From Ignavibacteriota bacterium (GTDB lineage Bacteria > Bacteroidota > Ignavibacteria > UBA10030 > CAVZMI01): DNA of 64,000 nucleotides. Shown piece by piece: positions 41,235 to 51,378 of the stretch. Below the pieces are notes generated by a model. It was not told where the DNA came from. It made no database searches and worked only from the letters and a program-made list of their open reading frames with translations. The stretch is taken from the NCBI GenBank assembly GCA_963776275.1, contig CAVZMI010000015.1:64001-128000 (forward strand). Direction: 5' to 3'. The position numbers were made by a program, and so were the translations under genes. How positions within the stretch are numbered: position 1 is the first letter of the stretch; each line of letters starts with the position of its first letter.

Positions 41235-41402
41235 ATGAAAATCACGAAGAATCTTGGCATGCTGTTGCTGAGTATCTGGCTCATTGTCTCGGGTCTGGTA
41301 GGGATTATTCCGGCTCTCTATTTCAATGGTCTAAGTACGCTCCTGGCGATACTCGCTGTCGCGGCCGGCGTTTTCGTCCTGCTCGACCGCCGGATCGACT
41401 GA
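41235..41402 (+). CDS. Small two-TM membrane protein (55 aa), below the ORF-track cutoff
   Basis: AAAGGAG RBS; MKITKNLGMLLLSIWLIVSGLVGIIPALYFNGLSTLLAILAVAAGVFVLLDRRID. Confidence 0.8.
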   Translation: MKITKNLGMLLLSIWLIVSGLVGIIPALYFNGLSTLLAILAVAAGVFVLLDRRID

Positions 41403-41426
41403 AAGATATCAAGCTATGAGCTGCGC

Positions 41427-42728
41427 TTAGGTCTCAACAAAGCCGGGGCAGACTCGTCTCAATCCTCTCTCGCTGAGACGAACGCTTGGTGGAATGGGTT
41501 GGCGACCAGGCAGTTTTTTCCCTAATTGTTGGAGATGATTCTTCATTTGCCGGAAATATTCGAAACGAACGGGTGAATATTTTTCCATCGCGCTCACGTA
41601 ATCCGGAGTATAATATGTGTGGTGCCGGGCAATCGCTTCGAGAACCAGAATAAGGCAGCTCCTTTCAATGAGCTTTCTCAGGCCACCGTCTCCATTAAAT
41701 CGAGGCCGTGGGGCGAGTGCAAGAGTCCGGTACATAAATGTAATTAGACGGTTGGTAATTTCGTCAAGGAGTTCCCTGCCGGCTGCATCACCGATAATGG
41801 TTGTCTGATGGTCGTCAAGGTCGCTCTGGAGATCTTGTAGATCGTCGATGATCTGAAGAAATACCCCATAACCAAAAAGAAACTCCGCATCTTCTGTTGA
41901 TAAATCTCCTTTAATGAGATATCCATCGGCAAGCACCGATGTTCCACCTTTTTCAATGCTGATGTCAAGAAGTTCGTGCGAGGAGGGTTTTCTGTTGGTG
42001 CTTTGTTGGGAAACGCTACGAGTCTGGGCATGATGGATAGCCAGAAGACTTTCGAACACATGGGGATATGTTGCGCGATCGAATTCCTTCTCGATCATCT
42101 CAAAAAGTCTGTACATGTCTCGTTCAAGATCGTTCGTTATTGACACCGGCATTCCTGCAAGTCTGAGAGCAAGACGTTGATTGAGTCTACGCTTCGTTTC
42201 TCGATCGATATCCGGTGCATCGAGAGTGTTGTCGGTGTATGGATATAACATGCTGTAAGCGAAGCAGGAAGGCGTCATCGCGACTTTTTGATCGAGATAC
42301 ACCTGAATACTGTTCATGATCCAGACATTCCTGAGAGCCTGGTATATGTCATCAATGCTTAATTCCGGATTGAATTTTTTCGCCTCGTTGATGAAATCAT
42401 CCGTTGATAAAGAAAATTCCTTTTGGGTCTGCTCGTCGAAAGTACAACGGAAAAGTCCGACTGAATTAATAAGTGAATTTCGAACGATGTTTTTTATATG
42501 ATGAAAGCGGATCGCATCGTTGCGCGTATTGTCGTTTGTCAATGAAGAAGAAGCCTGCGCAATGATACAATCGAGTTCTTTCTCTTTCTGACATTGCTGT
42601 TCGGGAGTGAATTGTTCGTGTAATTTTGAAAAACCACCGGAAGAAACATTCCAGAGTCTTTTATAGTAAGACTTTAACGAATTCACGAAAGCGTAAAAGC
42701 CTGTATCGGTATAGGAATAAGTCTGCAT
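41427..42728 (-). CDS. Class I isoprenoid-synthase-fold protein of unknown function
   Basis: YPYTDNTLD (first Asp-rich-like), KGGTS, GVFLQIIDDLQD (second DDxxD); helical composition. Confidence 0.7.
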   Translation of the reverse strand: MQTYSYTDTGFYAFVNSLKSYYKRLWNVSSGGFSKLHEQFTPEQQCQKEKELDCIIAQASSSLTNDNTRNDAIRFHHIKNIVRNSLINSVGLFRCTFDEQTQKEFSLSTDDFINEAKKFNPELSIDDIYQALRNVWIMNSIQVYLDQKVAMTPSCFAYSMLYPYTDNTLDAPDIDRETKRRLNQRLALRLAGMPVSITNDLERDMYRLFEMIEKEFDRATYPHVFESLLAIHHAQTRSVSQQSTNRKPSSHELLDISIEKGGTSVLADGYLIKGDLSTEDAEFLFGYGVFLQIIDDLQDLQSDLDDHQTTIIGDAAGRELLDEITNRLITFMYRTLALAPRPRFNGDGGLRKLIERSCLILVLEAIARHHTYYTPDYVSAMEKYSPVRFEYFRQMKNHLQQLGKKLPGRQPIPPSVRLSERGLRRVCPGFVET

Positions 42729-42738
42729 TCTATCTTTC

Positions 42739-42764
42739 GTACGAACGATAGGGTGTAAAGTTAC
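42739..42764 (-). promoter_or_regulatory. Putative ECF sigma promoter
   Basis: GTAAC-N16-CGTAC, 10 nt before ATG. Confidence 0.6.
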
Positions 42765-42920
42765 AGTAAATTTTCTATTCCTAAAGTATTCTATCAGGTT
42801 ATTGAATATACGGACGGTGTTGTGAGGTTGAAATTATAGGGAAAAAATCAACAACACCTACGATCTAACGACTTGCAGAGGTCGCAGGACAGATGAGAGT
42901 TTAATTTCTTTAGAATGACG

Positions 42921-43745
42921 TTATTTTGCCGGTTTATAATATTTTATAGCTTCGGGTATTTCCTGTTTAATTTTATCGATCCTGGTTTGATCCGAAGGAT
43001 GAGTGCTTAGAAACTCTGGAGGCGCTTGTCCGCTTTTCATCTGGGCCATCCGCTGCCAGAATGCTACAGCAGTGTTCGGGTCATAACCTGCCATCGCCAT
43101 GAAGATTAAACCAAGATGGTCTGCTTCATTTTCATGGAGGCGACTGTACGGCAATAGGGCGCCATATTGCGCACCGAGTCCAAACACGGTCATCCACAAT
43201 TGTTTTGTTTCATCGGGTTTTTCCTTCAATGCTTCGAGTAATGCTATGCCGCCGAGCTGGGTTATAAGTTCCTGACTCATCCGTTCGTTGCCATGCTCGG
43301 CGATCGCATGAGAAATTTCATGACCCAACACAACTGCCAGACCGTTTTCATCTTTTGTCACCGGCAAAATCCCCGTATACACAACGACCTTACCACCGGG
43401 CATGCACCAGGCGTTCACCTCTTTGCTCTCAACGAGGTTGAATTCCCACTTGTATCCTTCCAGCCGCTGGCTCATATTCTGTTGTGTAAAATATTGCTCA
43501 ACGGCAGTCTGGATTTTCTTACCAACTTTGTTCACAAGTTGAATCCCCTTCTGATCTTTGCTGGGCGGATTAGACTTGAGAAAATCGCCGTATTCTTGGG
43601 CACTCATCGAAAGCATAGTTGTTCCAGGAATAAGGCTTAATTGACTGCGGCCGGTGACAGGGACAGTACTGCATGAAATGAAAACTATTTCAAGAAGAAC
43701 AATGATACTTAGAAATAAAATATGTCTACAATAATTCTTTTTCAT
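42921..43745 (-). CDS. M48 metallopeptidase lipoprotein (LoiP/Oma1-like)
   Basis: Lipobox FISC, NAWCMPGG, HEISH, ENEAD, LSTHPS. Confidence 0.92.
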   Translation of the reverse strand: MKKNYCRHILFLSIIVLLEIVFISCSTVPVTGRSQLSLIPGTTMLSMSAQEYGDFLKSNPPSKDQKGIQLVNKVGKKIQTAVEQYFTQQNMSQRLEGYKWEFNLVESKEVNAWCMPGGKVVVYTGILPVTKDENGLAVVLGHEISHAIAEHGNERMSQELITQLGGIALLEALKEKPDETKQLWMTVFGLGAQYGALLPYSRLHENEADHLGLIFMAMAGYDPNTAVAFWQRMAQMKSGQAPPEFLSTHPSDQTRIDKIKQEIPEAIKYYKPAK

Positions 43746-43809
43746 AATATACCTCCTCATGAATATCCGTTATCTGCTTAACATGGTGTATGAAAAATAA
43801 ATCTTGAAT

Positions 43810-44442
43810 TCAATCGAATGCAGGGGGGCGATTGGGATCTCTCAAATGTTCGAAAACATCGCTTATATGACGGGTATTTGTACGATTCGAAGACAATGCG
43901 GGAAGAGCATCGGGATTGAAAAAGTCAACGGTGAGTGTTTCCTCACTCGCGCACCCTTCACCGCCGATAATGTCGCAGAGGAAAATAATTTTGAAAGCGT
44001 GATAAAATTCAATTGGGATTCCCCCTCTGTTGGCGTCATATATGCCGATAATTTTTCGCGGCATAACAATGAATCCACTCTCTTCCCGGACTTCCCGAAC
44101 GACGGCTTCAGATGGCGTTTCACCGACATCAGCCCAACCACCAGGCATACACCAGCAATTATCGATGCGCTCCTGTACAAGAAGGATTTTACCATCGCGG
44201 ACAACCGCTCCACGAATGTCGATTTTCGGAGTGGCATATCCCGGTTGTAACCGGAAGTTTTCAACCAGTTCCTCGCGAGGGCAATTGGAATAATTCTCGA
44301 TGATTTCGGCCGCAATTTCGAGTAATCGCCGGTATCGCTGAACGTCATAGTCGGTCGTACTGTAACTCAGGCCGGTCTGCCCTAACGCCTGAAGTTCACG
44401 AGCCCAGGAAAGCCATAGCGGTTGAAGTGAATTGGCCATCAT
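43810..44442 (-). CDS. NUDIX hydrolase with N-terminal helical domain (YjhB-like)
   Basis: GYATPK, Nudix box GGWADVGETPSEAVVREVREESG. Confidence 0.92.
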   Translation of the reverse strand: MMANSLQPLWLSWARELQALGQTGLSYSTTDYDVQRYRRLLEIAAEIIENYSNCPREELVENFRLQPGYATPKIDIRGAVVRDGKILLVQERIDNCWCMPGGWADVGETPSEAVVREVREESGFIVMPRKIIGIYDANRGGIPIEFYHAFKIIFLCDIIGGEGCASEETLTVDFFNPDALPALSSNRTNTRHISDVFEHLRDPNRPPAFD

Positions 44443-44459
44443 ATTTTTTTGTCGGCTAT

Positions 44460-45581
44460 TTATGATTCACGTTTGATGATAACGAGCGAGAGATCGTCGC
44501 TCGGATACGCGTCGCCTATGAACCGGTCAACCTCGATGAGTAACCGTTTTCCAATGTCTGCGCATCCTGCCGAACTCAGGGTGAGAATGAGACGATGAAA
44601 ACGATCATCGCCAAAAAAATCTCCGTTGCGGTTTTGTGCTTCGGTAATACCATCGGAATATACAATTATAGTCTCATGGGGACTGAGTTCAACGTGTTGT
44701 TCGATGAATTCCGCATCAGGCATGATACCAAGTGCCGGTGCGACGCTATTTAATTGTTCAATCTCTCCATGCCGGATGATAAGTGGCGGTAGATGTCCTG
44801 CGTTGAGAAGTCGGATTGCCCCGCAGTCCGACGAGATTTCCAGATATGCGAGTGAGGCAAATCTGCTTGGAATACTGTCGCGGCAAAAAATTTCATTCAG
44901 GCGCGTTCCCAGTTCGGAAAGAGAAGGAAAATAGGGTGCAAGCGCCCGAAGGGTCGACTGTAATTTCGACATCAATAATGCCGCCCCCAATCCTTTTCCT
45001 GCGATATCCCCGAGCGCGATTCCCATGCGGTTATCTGAAAGTGGAATAGAGTCGACCAAATCTCCACCCACATCGTTTGCCGGTCGCGAGAAAAGCCAGA
45101 TCGACCATCCTGAGAGTACAGGATTCTCCTTCGGCATCAGTGCAGATTGAACGACACGGCCCGCTTCGAGTTCACTTCGTGCGAGAAGTTTATCTTTGAG
45201 CTCAAGCATGAGAATCAGGAGAATAAGAATAAACCCAAATATGGAAAAATGGAATGATATGTTTGAGGAGTCAAATTGGATTGTCGAGTTTCCTAACCAC
45301 ATTACGATAATACTCAGGACAAGTAAAATTCGACGGGTGGGGCTGAGTCGAAGAATCAATACTCTGAAGAGTTGAAATCCAGTCGAGAAAAAGCGTTTGA
45401 CCCGGCCTTTTGAGGCAAGACGCTTTTGTGTTTCCTTATCAATGAAAAATTCATACAGGTCATCGAAATCACGACGGATGTTTTTACCGAGATCTTTACG
45501 ATGAAGATCATCCCAGATAGTTTTACGAATTCCCGTCTTTATCCTTCCCCCGTTTTCATGCTGTGAGGAATTGCCATTCAT
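44460..45581 (-). CDS. Membrane-bound PP2C/SpoIIE (RsbU-like) phosphatase
   Basis: Two TM helices, VGGD, DIAGKG, NAGH, SDG, DD. Confidence 0.9.
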   Translation of the reverse strand: MNGNSSQHENGGRIKTGIRKTIWDDLHRKDLGKNIRRDFDDLYEFFIDKETQKRLASKGRVKRFFSTGFQLFRVLILRLSPTRRILLVLSIIVMWLGNSTIQFDSSNISFHFSIFGFILILLILMLELKDKLLARSELEAGRVVQSALMPKENPVLSGWSIWLFSRPANDVGGDLVDSIPLSDNRMGIALGDIAGKGLGAALLMSKLQSTLRALAPYFPSLSELGTRLNEIFCRDSIPSRFASLAYLEISSDCGAIRLLNAGHLPPLIIRHGEIEQLNSVAPALGIMPDAEFIEQHVELSPHETIIVYSDGITEAQNRNGDFFGDDRFHRLILTLSSAGCADIGKRLLIEVDRFIGDAYPSDDLSLVIIKRES

Positions 45582-45629
45582 TGCTGTATTTTTAAACAAT
45601 GTAGAAAGTCTGTCATTCTTTCCTTATTG

Positions 45630-45655
45630 ATACGCTGAGCCTGTAATATTGTTCC
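45630..45655 (-). promoter_or_regulatory. Putative ECF sigma promoter
   Basis: GGAAC-N16-CGTAT. Confidence 0.6.
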
Positions 45656-45703
45656 ACTGCATATGCTATGCTCCTTGTGGACGCCGTGTACGGAGCAAGC
45701 GGC

Positions 45704-46138
45704 TTAAATTAATTCTTCGACAATCGCTGCGGCATCTTTTACATACTGCAGGCACCGGGTTCTGAAAAGATCCTGTTCTTTTATTACCCTTTGGCCCTCC
45801 TCGGTATTCATGTCGGCTCCTAATAACTCGCCACAGTTTATCGTTTTATGGAGCGCAAGAAACTTATTCGTAAAGGTATTAACAAGTTTATAGGTGTGTT
45901 CTTTTGCTTCTTCATCCTCCCGGGTGTACCTACCATATTTCAGACCCAGGACAAGAAATGCACCGACAACTGCCCCGCAGGTTCCCTGCATCCGCCCCAT
46001 TCCCGCACCAAATGGGCAGGCGATTTTCAGAGCCTGCTGTTCGTTGAGTCCGAGTGAAGGCGAAAAGGTCGAAAATACGGCCTGGGCGCAGTTGAATCCT
46101 TTACTGAACAATTCAACAGCGTTTTCTGGATTTTTCAT
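45704..46138 (-). CDS. C_GCAxxG_C_C family putative redox protein
   Basis: NCAQA, TCGAVVG, INC, RC cysteine pattern. Confidence 0.9.
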   Translation of the reverse strand: MKNPENAVELFSKGFNCAQAVFSTFSPSLGLNEQQALKIACPFGAGMGRMQGTCGAVVGAFLVLGLKYGRYTREDEEAKEHTYKLVNTFTNKFLALHKTINCGELLGADMNTEEGQRVIKEQDLFRTRCLQYVKDAAAIVEELI

Positions 46139-46294
46139 AGTCGATAAAATAAATAAGTGACTTGTTAATGTTTTTTTATCACACAAGAAAAATTAAAGCA
46201 ATCTCCGATGTTGGCGACAATTTATTTTCTCGGTTTACATCTTCTTGCACATTGCAATAAATTCTATTTTGATATAAAACGCAATAGCAAGACG

Positions 46295-46597
46295 TTACAC
46301 CTCATAATCGACGACTGCCCGGGATTCTCTTATTGAGCCGGCAAAATCCGATACTCTAACATGATCGGGATGTTTTTGATATGTTTCAAGATCGTCTTTG
46401 TTCCGAAATTCAGAGTATAGCACGATATCATATGCCATAGTACTTGGACTAAAATTGCAGCCAACTTCCAGTGCCTGAATAACAGAAATTTTTTCCTTGA
46501 GTTCTTCAAGCATCGACTTCATTTTCTTAAGATTTTCTTCTTTCGACAGTTCATCGACATTCTTTTTAATTTTCCACATTACGATGTGTTTAATCAT
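46295..46597 (-). CDS. Dabb (stress-responsive A/B barrel) protein
   Basis: MIKHIVMWK, YQKHPDH, VDYE. Confidence 0.9.
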   Translation of the reverse strand: MIKHIVMWKIKKNVDELSKEENLKKMKSMLEELKEKISVIQALEVGCNFSPSTMAYDIVLYSEFRNKDDLETYQKHPDHVRVSDFAGSIRESRAVVDYEV

Positions 46598-46615
46598 ATA
46601 TACCTATTCTCCGCA

Positions 46616-47113
46616 TCATGTATAAGACTCGTTTATTTTATAATCAGGAGATAATACGTTACCCTGATGCACCGGGTTTAAAACAACAATAACATCTATT
46701 AGGATTTTAAATGTTGAGCCCTGAGTAACGAAATAGTTAAAGGTGCCCTGAATGATCGAGATCATCAAAATCGATATAAGAAGGATCTTCGAGACCGTGG
46801 TATTAAATTCAGGATGACCTGTTATAAGAAAATAGCTATGAATGCAAAAAGCTGCAATACCAGAGAGAGCTATTGCCAGCGAATAGATATAGCCTGTGAG
46901 CGTTTCTTCCATGAGTTTTTTATAACCGTACACTGCTGCAAGAATGACGACAAAATTTAGTATGAGAAATACATTAATTCCTCCTCCGAGGCCGAAAAGA
47001 TCCCATTCCTTCCAGTATGCCGAATCGATTTCGTGCGTAAAAAGGACTGTCATATTCAGTAAATACAAAAGACAGTTCAACGACTTCATAGTCATGGAGT
47101 GCTTCATGAACAT
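46616..47113 (-). CDS. Membrane protein (DUF6713-like)
   Basis: HEIDSAYWKEWDLF, four TM helices, GHPEF. Confidence 0.7.
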   Translation of the reverse strand: MFMKHSMTMKSLNCLLYLLNMTVLFTHEIDSAYWKEWDLFGLGGGINVFLILNFVVILAAVYGYKKLMEETLTGYIYSLAIALSGIAAFCIHSYFLITGHPEFNTTVSKILLISILMISIIQGTFNYFVTQGSTFKILIDVIVVLNPVHQGNVLSPDYKINESYT

Positions 47114-47730
47114 TATTTTCCTGGGATATTGAATACGGGGAAGTGACGAACTAATATTCTTTCAACATCATCAAGCCATTCGATACGTTGATCGGGTGTG
47201 CTTGTGACTATGACACCATATGTTGTCCTATGAAAATTCCTTACGCCGCATAAGTTAAAAATACAATTTTTCCAGATGGTTTCCAAAGGATCGCCAAAAA
47301 CTTCCCGCTCTCTTTCCGGCCGGGTATTCGATGTGTTGAAGACGACGGCTGTTTCGGCTTTAAGAAGACCGAGCGGTGTGCCCTCGCCGCTATCGCCATT
47401 GATAAACTGATATGTAACAGCAGGACGAAAGACACGATCGATCCACCCTTTCAATATTGCAGGCGGTTGCCCCCACCAATTCGGATGAACAATAACAATT
47501 CCATGCGAATGTACAATTTCATCGCAGTGCAATTTAATGGTTTCCGGGATGACGGCAGTCGTCTGAAATTCTTCGAATGGAAGAATAGGATCGAAATGCT
47601 CTGCATAGAGATCGTGATAAAACACAGAATAGCCAAGATGCCTTAATACTTCAGCACTCCGGCGGGCAATTGCATGATTGAAACTCTGTGTGTTGGGGTG
47701 TGCAACGATAACGGAAATATTTTTATTCAC
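47113..47730 (-). CDS. Flavodoxin-fold NAD(P)H:quinone oxidoreductase
   Basis: AHP..SFN, PNWWGQPPAILKGWIDRV. Confidence 0.9.
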   Translation of the reverse strand: MNKNISVIVAHPNTQSFNHAIARRSAEVLRHLGYSVFYHDLYAEHFDPILPFEEFQTTAVIPETIKLHCDEIVHSHGIVIVHPNWWGQPPAILKGWIDRVFRPAVTYQFINGDSGEGTPLGLLKAETAVVFNTSNTRPEREREVFGDPLETIWKNCIFNLCGVRNFHRTTYGVIVTSTPDQRIEWLDDVERILVRHFPVFNIPGK

Positions 47731-47764
47731 GGGGATTGGTATCCTTTTTTACATCCGAAATTTT

Positions 47765-48328
47765 TTATGAAGGAGATTTTCGATTGTTGTCGTCGGGGAT
47801 CAGAACACTGCATCCAACACGTGTTGGATGATCCCGAACAAGTGTTTTAGATTCTAACCTGCGGATTATACAGAGAATAAGTAAGTCTCCACCCGCACCC
47901 ATGGTAAAAATCAAGCCAAAAAATAATAACCAGCCGGATCCCGTAATCACCGATACGATTGATGGAATAAATCCCTCCAGCAGATACGGCATCACGCACC
48001 CAATTCTGTACGAGCGGGCATCCATAGACTCGGTACAATGTGCGAATGGTGAAAGAGATTTCCAGTGCATGCCAAAATGAATCGTTTGAAGAGGTTTACC
48101 GGCAAAAAAAGACCACGATAATCCGTGAACGAGTTCGTGGAATGCACTCCCGAGTACGACAAATAGCAAAAGTAGAAAAAGGAATGCCGTGTTTTTCATG
48201 AAGGCGATAATTTCAGTATAACCCCAGAAATGATGATAGAGGGCTAAAAAAAACATCGCAAGCGGCAGAGGAATAAGGATACCGAGTATTGTCGCTTTTG
48301 TGAAAGAGATAGAAATGTCTTTTTCCAT
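47765..48328 (-). CDS. DUF3267 putative membrane zincin peptidase
   Basis: HELVHG, GAGGD, DHP. Confidence 0.85.
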   Translation of the reverse strand: MEKDISISFTKATILGILIPLPLAMFFLALYHHFWGYTEIIAFMKNTAFLFLLLLFVVLGSAFHELVHGLSWSFFAGKPLQTIHFGMHWKSLSPFAHCTESMDARSYRIGCVMPYLLEGFIPSIVSVITGSGWLLFFGLIFTMGAGGDLLILCIIRRLESKTLVRDHPTRVGCSVLIPDDNNRKSPS

Positions 48329-48424
48329 TTTATCAAAGCGTTAATTTTTAAGGTGAATACGCTGCAACCGTTTCCGGTACAACTGCCGGAATTGTGACAG
48401 AAATGTTCTCCCAAGGCCAAGGTT

Positions 48425-48841
48425 CTACCGCTTTATTTCCATTCCGGGAGCATCATCCGGTCGTCTCACAAAACCCAGTTTTTCATAAAACGTCGTTTTC
48501 TCTTTTGCACAGAATAGTTGAATATCCCGGATATTCTTCGAGCGGCAATGTTCAATAAGTCGGTTCATGATAGCGCTACCAATTCCCTTGTATTGATATT
48601 CAGGAAGAACGATGACATCGATGATAAGAGCATGGAAAACGCCGTCGGAAAGAATTCGTCCGAACCCGACAAGGGAATCTTTATGATAGGCTGAAATCAT
48701 GTACCAGCTCCGTCCGAGAGCTTCGTGCAGCTGATTCTCATCCAGGCGATATTCTTTATTCCATCCTGCGGATTCGAAGAGTCTATAGAAAGCTTCCCGT
48801 GAGGGAAGAGTAACTTGATATTCATAGGAATCCATCGGCAT
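48425..48841 (-). CDS. GNAT N-acetyltransferase
   Basis: LVGFGR, V.PEYQYKGIG, FYEKLGF. Confidence 0.9.
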   Translation of the reverse strand: MPMDSYEYQVTLPSREAFYRLFESAGWNKEYRLDENQLHEALGRSWYMISAYHKDSLVGFGRILSDGVFHALIIDVIVLPEYQYKGIGSAIMNRLIEHCRSKNIRDIQLFCAKEKTTFYEKLGFVRRPDDAPGMEIKR

Positions 48842-49076
48842 GCTTCCTTTCACTACTCTATACTAATTTAACAGATAACTTTTCTTAAGCAATATTACAG
48901 GATTTTTTGGATGTCAGCCAATATAGGCAGGTACTTGTGCGAAGTGTTAATAGGAGAATTTTTTAGATATGCGATGAAAATGAGGAATGGTTGTTCAAGA
49001 GAGGCAAGTTCTCTCATATCCGAAGACAGAATAGCATATAAAAAAAATCCATTCGAATTTCTCCTTTCTCACCGTA

Positions 49077-49319
49077 TTACTGAAGGTTCGGTACTTCAGG
49101 ATGAGCGAGTGAATGTTTTTTCAATTCATCTTCAATGGCCAATGCGACTAGTCGAAGAAGTGATGTCGAACCGGTATCTTGAGAAACAGTATCAAGCCGT
49201 TCATCTTCTCGATAGTAATCGTCAACCGACCTGACCACCTCCCGTATCAAACGCGCGGCCTCATGAAGTTTTATCTTTTCGGTCTCGGTAAGCGAAAATT
49301 CAATTTTTGGACGTACCAT
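49077..49319 (-). CDS. Hypothetical protein (80 aa)
   Basis: GGAGG RBS, helical charged sequence, no family recognised. Confidence 0.6.
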   Translation of the reverse strand: MVRPKIEFSLTETEKIKLHEAARLIREVVRSVDDYYREDERLDTVSQDTGSTSLLRLVALAIEDELKKHSLAHPEVPNLQ

Positions 49320-49530
49320 AAATTCAATCCTCCGATAAATTCCTTTATTGATAAGTACCCCCCATTACTTATACCGCAGCCACTACGGATTTTGTGACAG
49401 ATATTTCGTTTTGGCCTTATTTTTCAGGGTAAAAACGATGGAGAATCCAAGAATATATGAGTTCTGGATAAGTCTAGGGAGTACTTTTAATTTCAGATGC
49501 TAGCATGCTGTTCTCGAGTGAGATGCACGG

Positions 49531-50226
49531 TTAATCTTTGGGGGCTTTCTCAAATATTGAGATGATTTTCTTTAAAACTTCGGTATAGTCGAATGTAACT
49601 CCAACACCGACTCCCGGCGTAGTGATATGGTACGGTCCATAGGTCTGGTTTCGTTGCAGCATCATTAATTGATTGAGTGTGGTCGGATCGATTTTTCCAT
49701 AGCGGGACATTTGTGCGTTGAAATTTTCTTTTGCCCACGCGAGCAAAGAGTCTTTCCGTGTTTTCGGTCGGGTTTTTTTCATTTCTTCACGCAACGCAAA
49801 CTGTTTGAAACCGGGATAAAGAATAATAAGAGAATCAATTGCACCTTGTGAAACCTTTCCGTTGCCTGACGCGACAGTTGAGGTTGTATCGTTGGAACCG
49901 ACACCGGCGATGACCGGAGATTCAGATGTGTCGCTGACTTTATCGGGGACAGGAACCGGAAATCCACCGACTGGTCTTCTTGGTTGGTAAACTCCCCCAT
50001 TGTGAACTTTTATGGGTGATGTGGTTGTCGATAGTGAACTGAAAAGTATGGATGGTGCGTGTGGATTCGAAGAGATGACAACTGTAATTTCCGGTTGATG
50101 AACTTCAAGATAGCTTCCGGGATTCAGTATAATTACTATAACAATTAAGAGTGCGAATACAATCAATGCTGTAACAAGGGCGTACTTTTCCTCCTGCGTA
50201 ACCTTATATGATCGTATGCTCTTCAT
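49531..50226 (-). CDS. Hypothetical single-pass membrane protein
   Basis: N-terminal TM, Pro/Ser/Thr linker, helical C-terminus. Confidence 0.7.
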   Translation of the reverse strand: MKSIRSYKVTQEEKYALVTALIVFALLIVIVIILNPGSYLEVHQPEITVVISSNPHAPSILFSSLSTTTSPIKVHNGGVYQPRRPVGGFPVPVPDKVSDTSESPVIAGVGSNDTTSTVASGNGKVSQGAIDSLIILYPGFKQFALREEMKKTRPKTRKDSLLAWAKENFNAQMSRYGKIDPTTLNQLMMLQRNQTYGPYHITTPGVGVGVTFDYTEVLKKIISIFEKAPKD

Positions 50227-50253
50227 ACTTCCATTGTATTGGTATTCCTACTT

Positions 50254-50279
50254 AGACAGTCGGATCGAAAAAAAGTTAC
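50254..50279 (-). promoter_or_regulatory. Putative ECF sigma promoter
   Basis: GTAAC-N16-TGTCT. Confidence 0.5.
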
Positions 50280-50460
50280 GCCAGGGGAGGCGAATTTTTT
50301 TAAAAAATCCCCCTCGATAATCTTTTAAGGAGAACAATCTCCGGGTGGAAGGTACCCCTGTATTGTCATTCCAACGGAGGGTGATCACTTCTCAGCAGGT
50401 AACAATAGAAGCCCCCGACGAGTGATTGTTATTCACCATACCGTAAATCTACGAAGGATA

Positions 50461-51378
50461 TCAATCTATTTTTTCCAGATCGTACGGCGTACGCTGATAG
50501 ATGTAGTAGTTCAGCCAATTTGAGAAAAGCAAATTGGCATGACTTCGCCACCGAACAATTGGCATTTTTGTAGGATCATTATTGGGAAAATAATTTTCAG
50601 GCACTTCAATTTTCAATCCTTTTTTAACATCTCTATCATATTCCTCCTTCAGGGTAAGGGGATCATATTCGGAATGTCCTGTAACGAAGACCTGCCGTCC
50701 ATCGGTCTTTGCGAGAATATAAAGACCGGCTTGTTCCGATTCCGAGATAATTTCTAAATCGGGAACGGTAGCAACATCCGATTTTCTGATTTCGGTATAT
50801 CGTGAATGAGGAGCAAGAAAAACATCGTCGAATCCGCGGACAATCGACGCTGTTTTATTATTGACAGTATGGGGGAAAACGCCAAACATTTTTTTTGGCA
50901 GCGGATATTTGGGAATACCATAATGATAATACAATCCTGCCTGTACACCCCAACAGATATATAGAGTGGATGTCACATGATGTATTGTCCATTCCATAAT
51001 ATCTTTCAACTCTTCCCAGTAATCCACCTCCTCGAATTCCATCTGTTCGACAGGCGCTCCGGTGATGATCATGCCGTCATATTTACTTTGATTCACCTGG
51101 TCAAAAGTTTTATAGAATTTCTCAAGGTGATCTATCGGTGTATTGCTTCCGGTATAAGATTTTGTCCGGAGAAGGCCGATTTCGACCTGAAGCGGAGAAT
51201 TCGACAGATTACGCAGTATATGTTTCTCGGTTGTGATTTTTAGCGGCATCAGGTTGAGTATAAGTATCCGTAATGCGCGGATATCCTGATGAAGGGCATG
51301 TGATTCGCTCATCACGAACACATTTTCATTCCGCAATGTTTCTATTGCCGGCAATTCATCGGGAAGGATGAGTGGCAT
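50461..51378 (-). CDS. metA: Homoserine O-acyltransferase, predicted acetyl-CoA specific
   Basis: LNLMP, TGAPVE, ICWG, PHSR, GHSEY; Glu at the specificity position. Confidence 0.93.
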   Translation of the reverse strand: MPLILPDELPAIETLRNENVFVMSESHALHQDIRALRILILNLMPLKITTEKHILRNLSNSPLQVEIGLLRTKSYTGSNTPIDHLEKFYKTFDQVNQSKYDGMIITGAPVEQMEFEEVDYWEELKDIMEWTIHHVTSTLYICWGVQAGLYYHYGIPKYPLPKKMFGVFPHTVNNKTASIVRGFDDVFLAPHSRYTEIRKSDVATVPDLEIISESEQAGLYILAKTDGRQVFVTGHSEYDPLTLKEEYDRDVKKGLKIEVPENYFPNNDPTKMPIVRWRSHANLLFSNWLNYYIYQRTPYDLEKID

